A stretch of 50,463 nt of DNA, the filler included, from Sphacelaria rigidula (taxonomy: Eukaryota), in assembly GCA_964200075.2 (NCBI GenBank). It is 3 parts of 3 records of this genome, joined end to end, with 100 filler letters (N's around TTAATTAATTAA, not from the genome) between each part and the next. Parts side by side here need not be neighbours in the genome. Positions count along the whole stretch, not along the records: positions 1 to 16,755 come from CAXNAA020001261.1; 2 more parts are not named here. The stretch is one strand, 5' to 3'. This document shows positions 1 to 11,000 of this stretch, piece by piece. A program made the translations under genes and the position numbers. Each line of letters begins with the position of its first letter. Within the stretch, counting starts at the first letter, position 1. Under the pieces are notes generated by a model. The model ran no database searches. It was given only the letters and a program-made list of their open reading frames with translations, and was not told the DNA's origin.

Positions 1-461
1 CGCATCGAGGGGTGGGGGTTTGGGGGAACCCCGAAACCCCTTGTCTTTGGTCCAAACACCCCCCCCCCCCCCCCCCCCCCCCCCCTCGGCGTATCCCCCA
101 CGGGCTTGCAACGGTTGGCAATGACGCTGTAAAAACACACCACTCGCTGCGTGAGCTGGGCAACCAGGTTACCGATTTTTATTGCGCGCTTGCGTTTTTT
201 GTTGCGTTAATCATGATGGTGGTCGAGCTAAATCATATTGTGCGGGGCAGGAGAACCTCGATTCTACGCAAAGCGGATGATCGCAGTGTTTACATGGTTG
301 AGACACCCATGAGGCAGTGTGTAGCCCGTGGCTGTCTCTGGAAGTGGCTATACCAGAAAATGAAGTAGCTCATTGGAGGCTGTTATCCAAATGCAAGATA
401 ATCAGTACGCTTCTGACCGGACAATCTTAGCAGGATGAAGCTCACCCTTCATGCGTCTCAC

Positions 462-3400
462 CGAACACATCATGGCGCTTCGCGCTTCGTGATTGATCGC
501 GAGCCTGGCCCGGCGAAAACCCGGCGTGCTCCGTCCCGGCTGTGTAAAATGCGAGGTCAAAGGTCTTCTGACTACGGCATGTAAGACCATGAATACACCC
601 CTACCCCCTTCCGCGTGCACGAGCTCTGTCGTACAATCACTATTTATTCGACATATACATGGACACAGCCTAGGCGGCCAAAGTCTCCACGAGATCGCCG
701 CACGCATGTCCTGGACAGGGCGTGTCAACCTCCATGTTTCTTGCTTCGGGCGGGCGTCAAACAACGTAGGGGGGCTCCAGTGGACTGTTTTCGGGGTCAC
801 AAAGGGTTCGCTGTAACGGTAGCTTCTGTCGCTTGTACACTGCTGCTGCTGCTGCTGCTGCTGCTTACCGTAAGAAAGCGCCTGCGCCGCGAGCACCATG
901 CACTTATCCCACACGACCGCCTGGTTAGTGATCCAATCCTGACGGGGCTTTTAAGGAACAACAGAAGAAGCAAAAAAGACGTAGGAACGACCGGTCACAG
1001 CGGGGGTTTGTGGGTGTACATACTGCCGCCATGCCGTAGCAACGAAGGCGTGTGTGCGAATGGAGAGGGGGAGGAGAGGATGTTGAGGTGCTACAACGAA
1101 TGGCCATCATGTCGTTTATAGGCGAGGGTATTGTAGCACTCGGCTGCCTCACAGCCAAGATTAGTGCGTGACCAAGTCCCCACACAGTAGTCTCCTGCGT
1201 TAGGAAGATTTGTTTCTAGGGTTCGAACCCCTACGGTCCTCACGGAGCTGACTCCGGAGGTTTTAAATGTTCTCTTGACACCTCGCCGGAAACAAACAGC
1301 GTTCCGCAAATTGATGTGGCATACAACAGTAGTAATAAAATGCCAAAATGTTTCCCGACTACCCTGATGACAGCCCGGTTTATATGGTATACGGGGTATG
1401 CTGTACCTTCACCCCGAGACCCGTCGCCCAGGTGAAGGAAAGCGGCTCCTGCAGATACACCACATCCTCCTGAAAGCAGAGGGCAGAGAGGGGAATAGTG
1501 CCGGGCAAAACGTGAGTTCCTTCGAGGGTGTCGGGTTGGAATCTCTCCAGGCTTGTCCAGTCATGGTTATCGTCGATTTTTATCCAGTTCAGCGCTCCTT
1601 GTTACACTGCATGTATCGGAACGATTCACAGCCCAAGTGCTCGAAAGAAGTCCCAGGCATATTCAGAAAATTGAGCGCCAGTCTGTAACGAGTGCAACAC
1701 CGGCCACCAGTAGAGTGAACCTATCGCTCCGCTAGCACCCGCAGATAGGCGCTTCCCTGAAATCATCGTTCTTTGGTGACGGAAGTCGTACAGCACCACT
1801 TCGTGAAAAACACCCAGCAAGTGTAAGAGGGGACAGTGTCTGCATGCACCTCGGAGGTCGAACGCTTTTTGTGATGGGTACATGCTTGCGTCCATGTACC
1901 GCGTAATCGGGCTCTACAGCATGATCGTAGTGACATGAAGGCAGGCGAAGCCCTTGATGTCATTTTTGTTCTAGCGAGTAATATGTCAACCCCTGTCAAA
2001 CCTCCCCCCCCCCACCCCGACGTTGCGGGTTGTGTGTCCTCACGGCTTTTTCGAGGGAGCGAAGGACATGGGCGATCAGCGGGCAGTAGCGGAGGGCTCC
2101 TGCCACAGCGTTGGAGTAGTTTGGTGTGCCGGAGGCTAGCTCGGTGGCGAGGTCGTCTCGGGCTTGCTCCATCGAACTGTCGTGCAGTTATTGCATGATT
2201 GTTACGAAAGGCGCGAACACACACACAGACACGCAGACACACACACGAACCTGCGTTGAGAGGGAAGTTGGCATCGCACTGAGTTATCTGAGGATGTGGA
2301 CTACCGTTGACGTATGATATAAATATAACTCAGGGAACGGGAAGGGGCGCTCAGCAGGTCACGCGAGGCGATTTACGCCCCCTTTCAATAGTTATTCATA
2401 AAAGAGAGAAAACACCGCTTCGTTCAGAAGGCCGTGGCGATCGCTGCTCAACAGATCAACCGTTGAAACACTGTCAACTGCAGCACGACAGCACAGCACA
2501 GCACAGCACAGCACAGCACAGCACAGCACAGCACAGCACAGCACAGCACAGCACGATATAACATAGCTGGGCAGCTATGGTGCTACTCACAATACTCTAT
2601 GCTAAATGCGCTTGAACTACTTCGTTAGGACGAACTCTCACCACGTTGTACTGAAGTTCCTCCGCAGCACCCGGGAGGGTCGCGGTGTGTAGAGCGTACT
2701 GTCGTTCAACCCCTAGACGGTGAGAGTAGGTCATCTGTTGAATCTGCATCAATTTTCGCTTGAAAAAACTAAGTATGATCCAGATAGACTACCCTCGCGG
2801 TCTAAGGGTTAACATTCAACGACCACACACTGCTGAGAAATTCGCATATCTTCAGATCGTCGGTTTCTTCCTACCCTACAAACATCAAAACCGTGCTGAA
2901 TCGGCAAAGGAGCAAAGGGATCATCACGCTACAGTCACGTCTGCCGACACGCGACAACATACAATTCCATATACCGGGGAACAGTAGAGCACAGCGCGTA
3001 CGCACATGGGACTGCTAGACAACGCCACCTCGGATACTCTGTACTCAAAGGTACGGTAAGACGCAAAACGCGGGGGGTAATTGACAGTAGGGGTAAAGAA
3101 ATTATCTGCGCCAGCGCAGATACTTTGCCTAAATTGCGCGCAGCATAGATGCAGCGTAACCCAGCCGTCGGGTAATCGCCACACAAACCCTTTTGCGGGG
3201 GAAGTGTTGAATGCGGTTTCCTCCTTCCTTCAAGGAAAAAAAATAATGTCACACCAGGTCACACGCTAATAAATTCGACCGCAGATTTTTCGCCGGAGGA
3301 GGCAAGAGAAATTTCGGCGGGGGTGTTTTCTCCGGTAGGCGAAAGAAAAAAGGGGCTGTTGCTTGCGTTCTTTTGCGGATCTTGACGTGGAAATCCTACA

Positions 3401-4258
3401 TTTTTGGCCTCCGGCGGCCCCTACGCAGGGGGCGGTCCTACACGCGTAGCGCGTCAGGGGATCCTCCGGGGGCCCCTGCGGGGTGACGTAGATTGCCTCC
3501 GGCTCTTGTCTGCGCTGGCGCAGACGGAGCCTCCTCGATATGTTTTAACCCTGACGGGCAGTGTTGAAGGTTGAACTTACAATACTGTTGTTGTGGGATC
3601 TGCGTACCTACTGTACAGTTGTTGCCTAACACGACGTGCACCGCGACGGCTTACACGTAACTGGGAGTGGGTAAGTTTTCGCAGGCGATCTCTACAAATA
3701 AAGGCAGTGATACTGGCGACATAGAGGATGTACGGTCGTCAGTGTGAAGCACGGTGTTCGTCCAGCACTACGGTATGATACAGAGACAGAAATAATCCCG
3801 TTAAAAATGTCCGCAACTCCGTCACGTCTGGCGGGTTTGTCGAAGAAGGAGTTTCACGTGTTGACTAGTACCACGGTACGATCCTGCAACATGGATGCCA
3901 GTAACCGCGGCAACAGCCGTCAATCCTGGCCGTTACTGCAAGCATGTAGCCCTCATTCCGAAGTAAAAATCTGGCAGAGGCGCAGCACAATACAAGGGCA
4001 CTTGGCCGTGCTAGGGCACACACAGCAGCAGTACAACATGTTTCCTGACTTGTACGCCCTAGGCTAGAACAGCAGTACCATCGTCGATCATTGCATAGCT
4101 CACCTGATTACCTTGGAAGTCTCATCAGCACCCAAATTTCTTTCGAAACACTTGGTGAACTTAATCACTCTCGTAGCCGGTAGCGAGAAACGATACACAT
4201 GCGTTGCTACCTTGAGTAGATTGGGCGACAGTTCGGAGGAATCAGCCATCGCTGCCAT
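462..4258 (-). CDS. BRO1-domain protein (BROX/ALIX-like, ESCRT-associated), partial; the 3' part probably runs off the scaffold start
   Basis: Phase-consistent GT-AG exons 4258-4104, 2176-2044, 1469-1407, 938-869 and (less certain) 539-462. They translate to MAAMADSSELSPNLLKVATHVYRFSLPATRVIKFTKCFERNLGADETSKVISSMEQARDDLATELASGTPNYSNAVAGALRYCPLIAHVLRSLEKAEDVVYLQEPLSFTWATGLGVKDWITNQAVVWDKCMVLAAQALSY. By recall this follows the BROX N-terminal layout (PLKAT..V.F / SK....L...R..L / Y..L / F.WT..L / AVFE...M). No search was run. Confidence 0.72.
839..864. repeat. (CTG)n microsatellite, intronic, next to a splice donor
   Basis: About 8 CTG units; they give the poly-Q and poly-L runs in the ORF track. 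Confidence 0.9.
2481..2555. repeat. (CAGCA)n pentanucleotide microsatellite
   Basis: About 14 tandem cagca units. Confidence 0.95.
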
Positions 4259-5001
4259 AAGTAACCGAGTAATCCGAGACCCGAACGGCAGAGAGACTCC
4301 GCTCGGCCCTGATTCTGCGGAGAGTATATGAATTAAAACTTTTAAGTGTGCGGAACGGTTGTTATTCTTCAGTGTATACAAATGTGTGATTCATTATCTA
4401 GGCGAGTAACACTTCTGTTTTCTGAGGTCCCACCGACGGTCCCACCACCAAGCTTGCCCCCACTATCATTTGTCCTGACCCTTTATTTCACGCTGCAAAG
4501 AGACTAGTGCACACAAAGTTATGGGGAACCTGAATGACAGCAGGTGAAAATCAGTAAGCTTTAGCTTTTTAATGATGTTTTCTGATGACGCTAAACACTC
4601 CCTAAGTTGGGCCATGACGATAAAATATGGGGTTTTCGTACGGGGTATAACACTACAGTAACACACCCGCAGAAGAAGTTACTGCACGTTTACCTGGGTC
4701 TATCTTGAGGCATAAAAATCTGAGTACTGTCGAATAATCATGTGAATGATATATCTCACCTTCATATTGGTCTATAGAAAGGAATTTCGCAGCATCATAT
4801 GTACCATTTTGGTCAGACTTGAGGCTGCACAACTTGGCCATTAAGGGTGTTATACAGCGTGATAGCATGTACAACTGGGTGAAGATGCCTCTGACGCGGC
4901 GAGACATTAAACTGTATCACCGCACCACTTAACACATACCTGTGCGATCCGGGGCACACCATACGGCCTGACACTGGTGGTTAAGATCGCTCCAGTGCAT
5001 C
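4259..5001. promoter_or_regulatory. Putative shared divergent promoter/5'UTR region between the BRO1 and GST-N genes
   Basis: Opposite-facing ATGs at 4258 (-) and 5002 (+), 743 bp apart. Function is inferred from layout only. Confidence 0.45.
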
Positions 5002-8000
5002 ATGAGGTCCGTTGCTGTCAAGATGTTTGCTGCTTCAGCTGCTACAGCAACTGCTGCTATATTTTTCCCTTGCAGCAACGTGCTCGCGTTTCACAATCCA
5101 GCGGCGGTCACTCGACCTGCACGATCCATGTCTAGATCTCCCGCCTTGAGCATGGCACAGCCTAAGGCGTCCGATCAACTGCCTGCAGAGGCGAAGCGGG
5201 GTTTCATTCGATCAGACAGGGTGCTAGATATCGCGACGTCCATTCCACAATTGCTGTTCAGGCTCGGCAGTGGAGCTCTGGTCGATGGATACAAATGTGA
5301 GCAAACGTCGCATACATTGTGTCCGTGTTGTGCTCTCCCAGTGTACTGTTATGTCATAGTCAGGACAAGTTCTGTGCTGTCTTTGCTTCAGCCCTACCTG
5401 CACCGTCGTTGCACCTGGTCAATCAGGTGTTATTCATGTAGCCTGTGCCGTAGCTTACGAAATACTGAAGTTCTCCACACATTGTGTATCGGGCTTCGCG
5501 GAGTCTCGAAACCTGGTGAGGACCGCGTCTATAGCACCTATATGTCGCTCTCTCCACTATTTACGTGGTACAGACACAGTACAGCAGTAAGTACAGCAGT
5601 TCACGGTTAGGACGAATCATCACACGACGACGAATCACCAAATCCACGACTTTTCCCACCTGATTGCCCAAAAGGGAGAAAAAAGTTGACTGCTGGTCCA
5701 AGGGGTATCCACGCAACTTTTGCGCCATTCCACGTGCCTGGGCAGCGTGTACCTGGGTTGCCACGCTGAAAACAAAGCCGAAGGGTTGATTCGTACGATT
5801 CGAATCACTTGTACTAAAACCAAGTAATTTCCAGACGAATCATTATTTGTCCGACCCTTGCAGGAGTTCCAGTAGTACTTTACGAGCAAAGTGTAGCAAA
5901 TCATCCGATGCTGTTGGAATCTTGGGGGCATGACTGCTGATCGATGAAACGGGGCGGTGTTTGTAAACCAGCGTGGCGAAGGCCGTCCCGGTGCTTTGCA
6001 CATTTCGCGCCCCAGTTGGGTCTTTACTGTCTAATCCAGGATATGGACAGTTCTCAAAGATGGCGGCAGACGAAAGGGCATGGTGCACTTCCACTGCAGT
6101 ACTGTACCGTAAACTGTGCGGTCACCATGAAGGATAAATACTCGCTCGCTGCTGTTCTCTTCCCTTACCTACGATGACCCGCGCTAGTTCGGGTTTCCAA
6201 GGAGGAAGAAGGAGACGAGGGCGAATATGCAGTCCTCCGCGCGTTCGGATTTAAGGTGAGCTAGTATTGATTGATTTAGTTGACTGATTTGATGGATTGA
6301 AAGTCGCATTTCATCTGATCCCCTAGTGATCCAGCCGTGGTCACATGATGAAAGCACCTGAGATGAAACAAACCGGAAACTCCCGCTGAAGAACAGCGAA
6401 GAAATCAGAAAAATGGAAGAGGCAAACAGAGTAGACTGAGAATAGGAGAAAAGAAGGGAACAAGAAATCAAAACAACGACAAAATAACTAGTAACGTCTA
6501 GCCTATGCCATATGTCTTCGGTAGGAGAGGGGTTGCACAAAAATCAAACTCTCAATCGTAAAAGCAGACACCCTTGGGAATACTGTAGATTGTGGCTCAT
6601 CTATTTCGACCTCGCTATTTCAAGTATGAAGCTCTCATCCATCAACCGTACGGAAGCGAAGCACCAAGCTGTTACTTGCATCCGCCGGGAGGAAAGAATA
6701 CATTTGATATATTGGAAATGAAGATAAAAAATAGAAGAGGAGACTACAGAAGTGATAACGCCCAAGGACACGGTGCAGTAGAGTAGGTATCACACCACCA
6801 GGAAGCACAGCAGACCACCGACTAAGGACAAGACCAACAACCGATAGAAAAAGACAGGGGTAACAGTGTTTTCGTGAGATTGAGAGTAGAGGATAAGATT
6901 GAGAGCGAAAAGCGGTCAATTAGTGAATGAATTATTTCAGTTCCGGAATGCCCCTCCACGAGGGCCAATACGCCTTCCGTAGTAGCTTGCCACTGAGACC
7001 CTTGATACCCCTGAGTAGGATACCGACGTGAAGCTGTAAGCACACAGCAGTGATGGAGGCAAACCAAAGCACACACGGAATGAAAGACTGGCTAAGCTAC
7101 AGCGAATTATCAAAGCCACTCTCACTCAGCTCTCTACTCTCAATCTCACGAAAACGTTTTTGGGTACACCAGTTTCCATGATGGCTAAATTTCTCGCGTA
7201 CATGCCTAGTCGGGTCGGGTACGAAGCGAGACACTCTTTCGATCATTTTCATCCTGGGTTCCTCGGGAACTGTTGCTGTTGTGCTAGCGAGGGCAGTTCT
7301 CCCATTGGCGGCTCTCAACGCAGCAACCTCTCATTTGTGGCGGTGGTCCGATTATCTTTTGTCCTCGCGTCGCCACGTGTCCTCGAACTCTCCCGTCTCT
7401 TCCTCGACTCTAAGATGCCATTTGCGTATGGTTCTTTGCCGCAAAGGCCCAATCGTGTGCGCCGTTAACCTTCACACCTTAGACGAACCATGTCCGTCGC
7501 GCTCATTTGTGTGGAACAGCCTCTAGTTCACTTGGTTTTTCTCGAGGTAGTTCCCCCACTGTTTCGGGGACGGCGGCCGGCCTCCTTGGGCCCTCGTGTG
7601 GCTTACTACCCTTTCATGGTGTATGTTGGAAAGCGTGCTTCGCCCTGCCGGAGAATGGCTCCCGCGAACAAGAGTTGACGCTTGCGGATGATCGTCTCGA
7701 TGCCTTCGCAGTTGGTCATCTCGAGCACACTTCTGTGCAGAAGGTTCTTGTAGTCCGTTTGATATTTCCTTCGGAACCTAACCTTTCGTAGCCAAGGGTG
7801 GGGGTGGGCAGTGCGCAGACTGTCAAAGTCCTCAGCACGTAGCGTTCGTGCGGCACATCTGTACAACGGAGATTCCACCACCTCCGCTTCAAGCAGCTGG
7901 ACTTTCGAGGATAGCAGGGCGTTGGGTCGATCGTAGAGTCGGGAATTATACTTTCGGGGACGTGCCCACATCGCGCCGATGCGGCGGTTGATTTCGATGG

Positions 8001-11000
8001 ACATTTCGCATCCGCGCTGACCGCATCACCAAGGTAGACAAACTTGGCCGTTTGCTTATACCGTCGACCGGCCGCGGTGATGTGCAAAGCGGTCTCTGTA
8101 GCGCTGGATACGGACCACAGATGCATGGACTCTGTCTTACTTTTTGATACCACCAATTCGAACTCCTGGCATGTCACCACTGCCACGGCTATCATTCTAG
8201 CAAGGCCGTTTGGGTTCCTCAAGACTTTGCCGGCGTCATCCGCATAACGCATGCCCACACCGCGCAGTAGAGTTCACCAGCGTTGGGCAACAAATGCTCA
8301 TGGTTGATATTACTTGACTTTATTGTGAACAACGATAATCGGATGTTTAGCAGGGCTGACGGTCCCGTGTGCTCCTCGCGTGCGCAAAACGCGTTTTTGT
8401 TGAAATCGGCGCCTGTGGCGCCGATTTCGGATCTACTAAGGCTGCACTTTGCCTAGGGAATATATGTACCGCCGTTGCACGGAGTTCTTGGTACGCAGTG
8501 GGTTGGGGTTAGGGTTGGGGGTACGAGCTGGGCCAGCCTAGGGACGGATTTGAAGTTTGCAGGCCCAGGCGCCGCCCAATATTTAGAGTTGGAGCGTAAA
8601 ATTTTGATGTTGGCGATGCATAGGGCATGAAAATAAGTAAATACGAAAGCAATATATATATATATATATATTCTTCGTGAGTCAAGGGCATTTTACTGAT
8701 ACCTGAAAACTGGTTATTGCCCTTAATTCAAGGAGAAAAGAAGAACCTTGTGGTGTTTTTGTATTTTTTTCTTTGTGCCCTATATTTTGTCCATAGCGAA
8801 TTTTACGCTTCAACTCTAAATATTGGCCGGCGCATTCGCCTTTTAATCCTTAGACAGCGACCTCCCCCTGCTGGTAGACAGAGGTAAAGACTACACCTTT
8901 TGGGTTCAGAATAATTCCTTTGTCACAACTCAAAACGCCTACTCTACGGCGGAAGGGACCGGGAGTGGATAGGAGGCATATAGTTGCGTCATAACACAGA
9001 CGGTGGTGTGGTTGTCGACCACCTGATGATTACGCCTCATATTTTTGCTGTGCAGTCTGTAGTGTATCGTGCCGCGGTTGCATGTGCGGTCTGCAGCGTA
9101 CTAGATCTTACAGTGTTGAACGTGTCGACCGAGTGTTCGCGCATGCGTCTGGATATCGCACCATGACTACCGCCGCGAACGCCCCTGACTACCTTGGAGC
9201 AATTGCTTGGCGATGGTGGTCGCCTCACCGTTGAAGTACTTGTCTACATCTACGTGCGTCGGGTACTCGTTGCTGCCGTTCGCGTGTTGCGTCATGACGT
9301 TTTATACCAGATGGAGGTGTGGAGCTAGTACGACGCTCAGTCAGTACTGAATAGACAGACACAGTGTACCGAAGATGCTCGAACACCTACTTTTCGGTCA
9401 TATAATCTATGGTTGATTTGGAATGCTCAAAATGAGTCTTGAGGGCAGACAGCGAATGTATCTACCAGGTGTCTACCTCTACCATAACAAAAGTGCTCAT
9501 TTTGACGACCGTGATTGGTCAGAACGGTCATCCCGCGTCTCTCGGGCCTCGTGCACGGCTCACAATTTTCCGCGGGAAACTTCCAAACACACATGGTTGA
9601 CTCCGTGAGCCTCTCCCATGCTCCGCGGAGAGATATCCCCCCCCTCAAAAACCACCCCCCCCGAGCTCTGGAAACCCCCCGATGTCTCGGATCTGTCAGC
9701 GTGTACAACTGTTCCGAGGCGACGCTCGCCGTCTGAGGGTTAAAAACCGGGTCGGTAGAAATTTGGGACAGTATTTCCCGGGCCACTCACCGGCCCACGT
9801 TCGGTTTTTGTGTATTGAATTTTTTTCGGGCCCTCGCTAGGGCATAATTAACAAAATCAGTGGGTCAGGTCGATTTTTTCCGTATTTTCCCACTGGTTTA
9901 GGGCGGTCTAGTATGGTGAAGACCATTTTTTCACGAGGACGCCCGAACCTCTACGAAAAAATCGAAGGCCTATTTTTTTTTTCGGCACACCTTCTTGCTT
10001 CTCCATGCTAAGTTTCGAATCAAAATTCTAGAAATTGAGCGAAAACATTGAGACAAGGCCTAAGGGCAGTGTTCATTTCTCCTCAAAACTCCACTAAAAA
10101 CACAAAAAAAAAATGAAGAAAAATGAAGAAAAAAACGAATAAAATGTAAAAAACTGTCATGTGTATATTATTATGCACCAGCGGTTCTCCATACGAAATT
10201 TCATAGCACAACCTTCGAGAACTGAGACGCGATATCCAGATTTTAGGGCATCTAGTGCCTCTGCTCGTAATATATTGGTTTTAGTATCGAAACGTATGTG
10301 CGCCATATCTCGAGATAGATTGCGAATGAGGTGAAGGTGAGGGTATCTATCGCCTCCCCGTGCTCCAGGGAAGGTCCACACCAAAAATCATTATTCGCTG
10401 ATCGTATCGTTCGGGGTTCCATACAGATTTTAGTGTCGACGCTATCTCCGCACGGTATAGGAAATACTAGACATGGGGTTCAATCCATGGGAAAATGTTG
10501 GCCCAGATTTCTGAGCGGATGGGCACCTTCCCCTTGGTTGGACGATTCATACGATATGCGGATCACGGCCCAACTCGTCTGTGTCGATGAGATATTGCTT
10601 TTTAAAACATGAACCCGTTTTGAGGCTGGCTCAGCTCGTAGCGATACTCGTGAAACTGTGCCAACCATGGACATTTGTAGCCCAACACCGGCAAACTAGC
10701 CTTACACCCCGCACCGTACCTTTTCCAGAGGCGTCTATTCCAGAAGTTCACCATCACCTTTTGGCGCATCATCCGGGAAAATACGTCTGAGACGATGACT
10801 GGGTCCGCCGCGACCCGCTCACGTTGACCAAGGATGTGCCGAGGATGTTGAGCAACAAGGAGGACGCCACGCAACCTTGTCTTAGTCCCTGGCAGATGTG
10901 GAACCACGCTGTCGCCACCATCCACCTGTACCCGAGCTCGCATGCCGTCGTGAAACATACGGATGATCGTGATCTTCCGCGGCGAGACTCCGAATCGGGC

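Noticed and set aside
1215..1235. tRNA T-arm/B-box-like agggttcgaacccct
   Set aside because: No cloverleaf could be built. At most it is a SINE remnant.
2642..2698. 57-nt exon-like segment (cag...gtgaga) on the minus strand in BRO1 intron 1
   Set aside because: It preserves frame but is not needed. The direct join 4104/2176 fits the BROX-like spacing better. It cannot be excluded as a cassette exon.
5297..5610. C-terminal half of the 202-aa ORF 5002-5610
   Set aside because: Read-through into the intron after the gtgagc donor at 5297.
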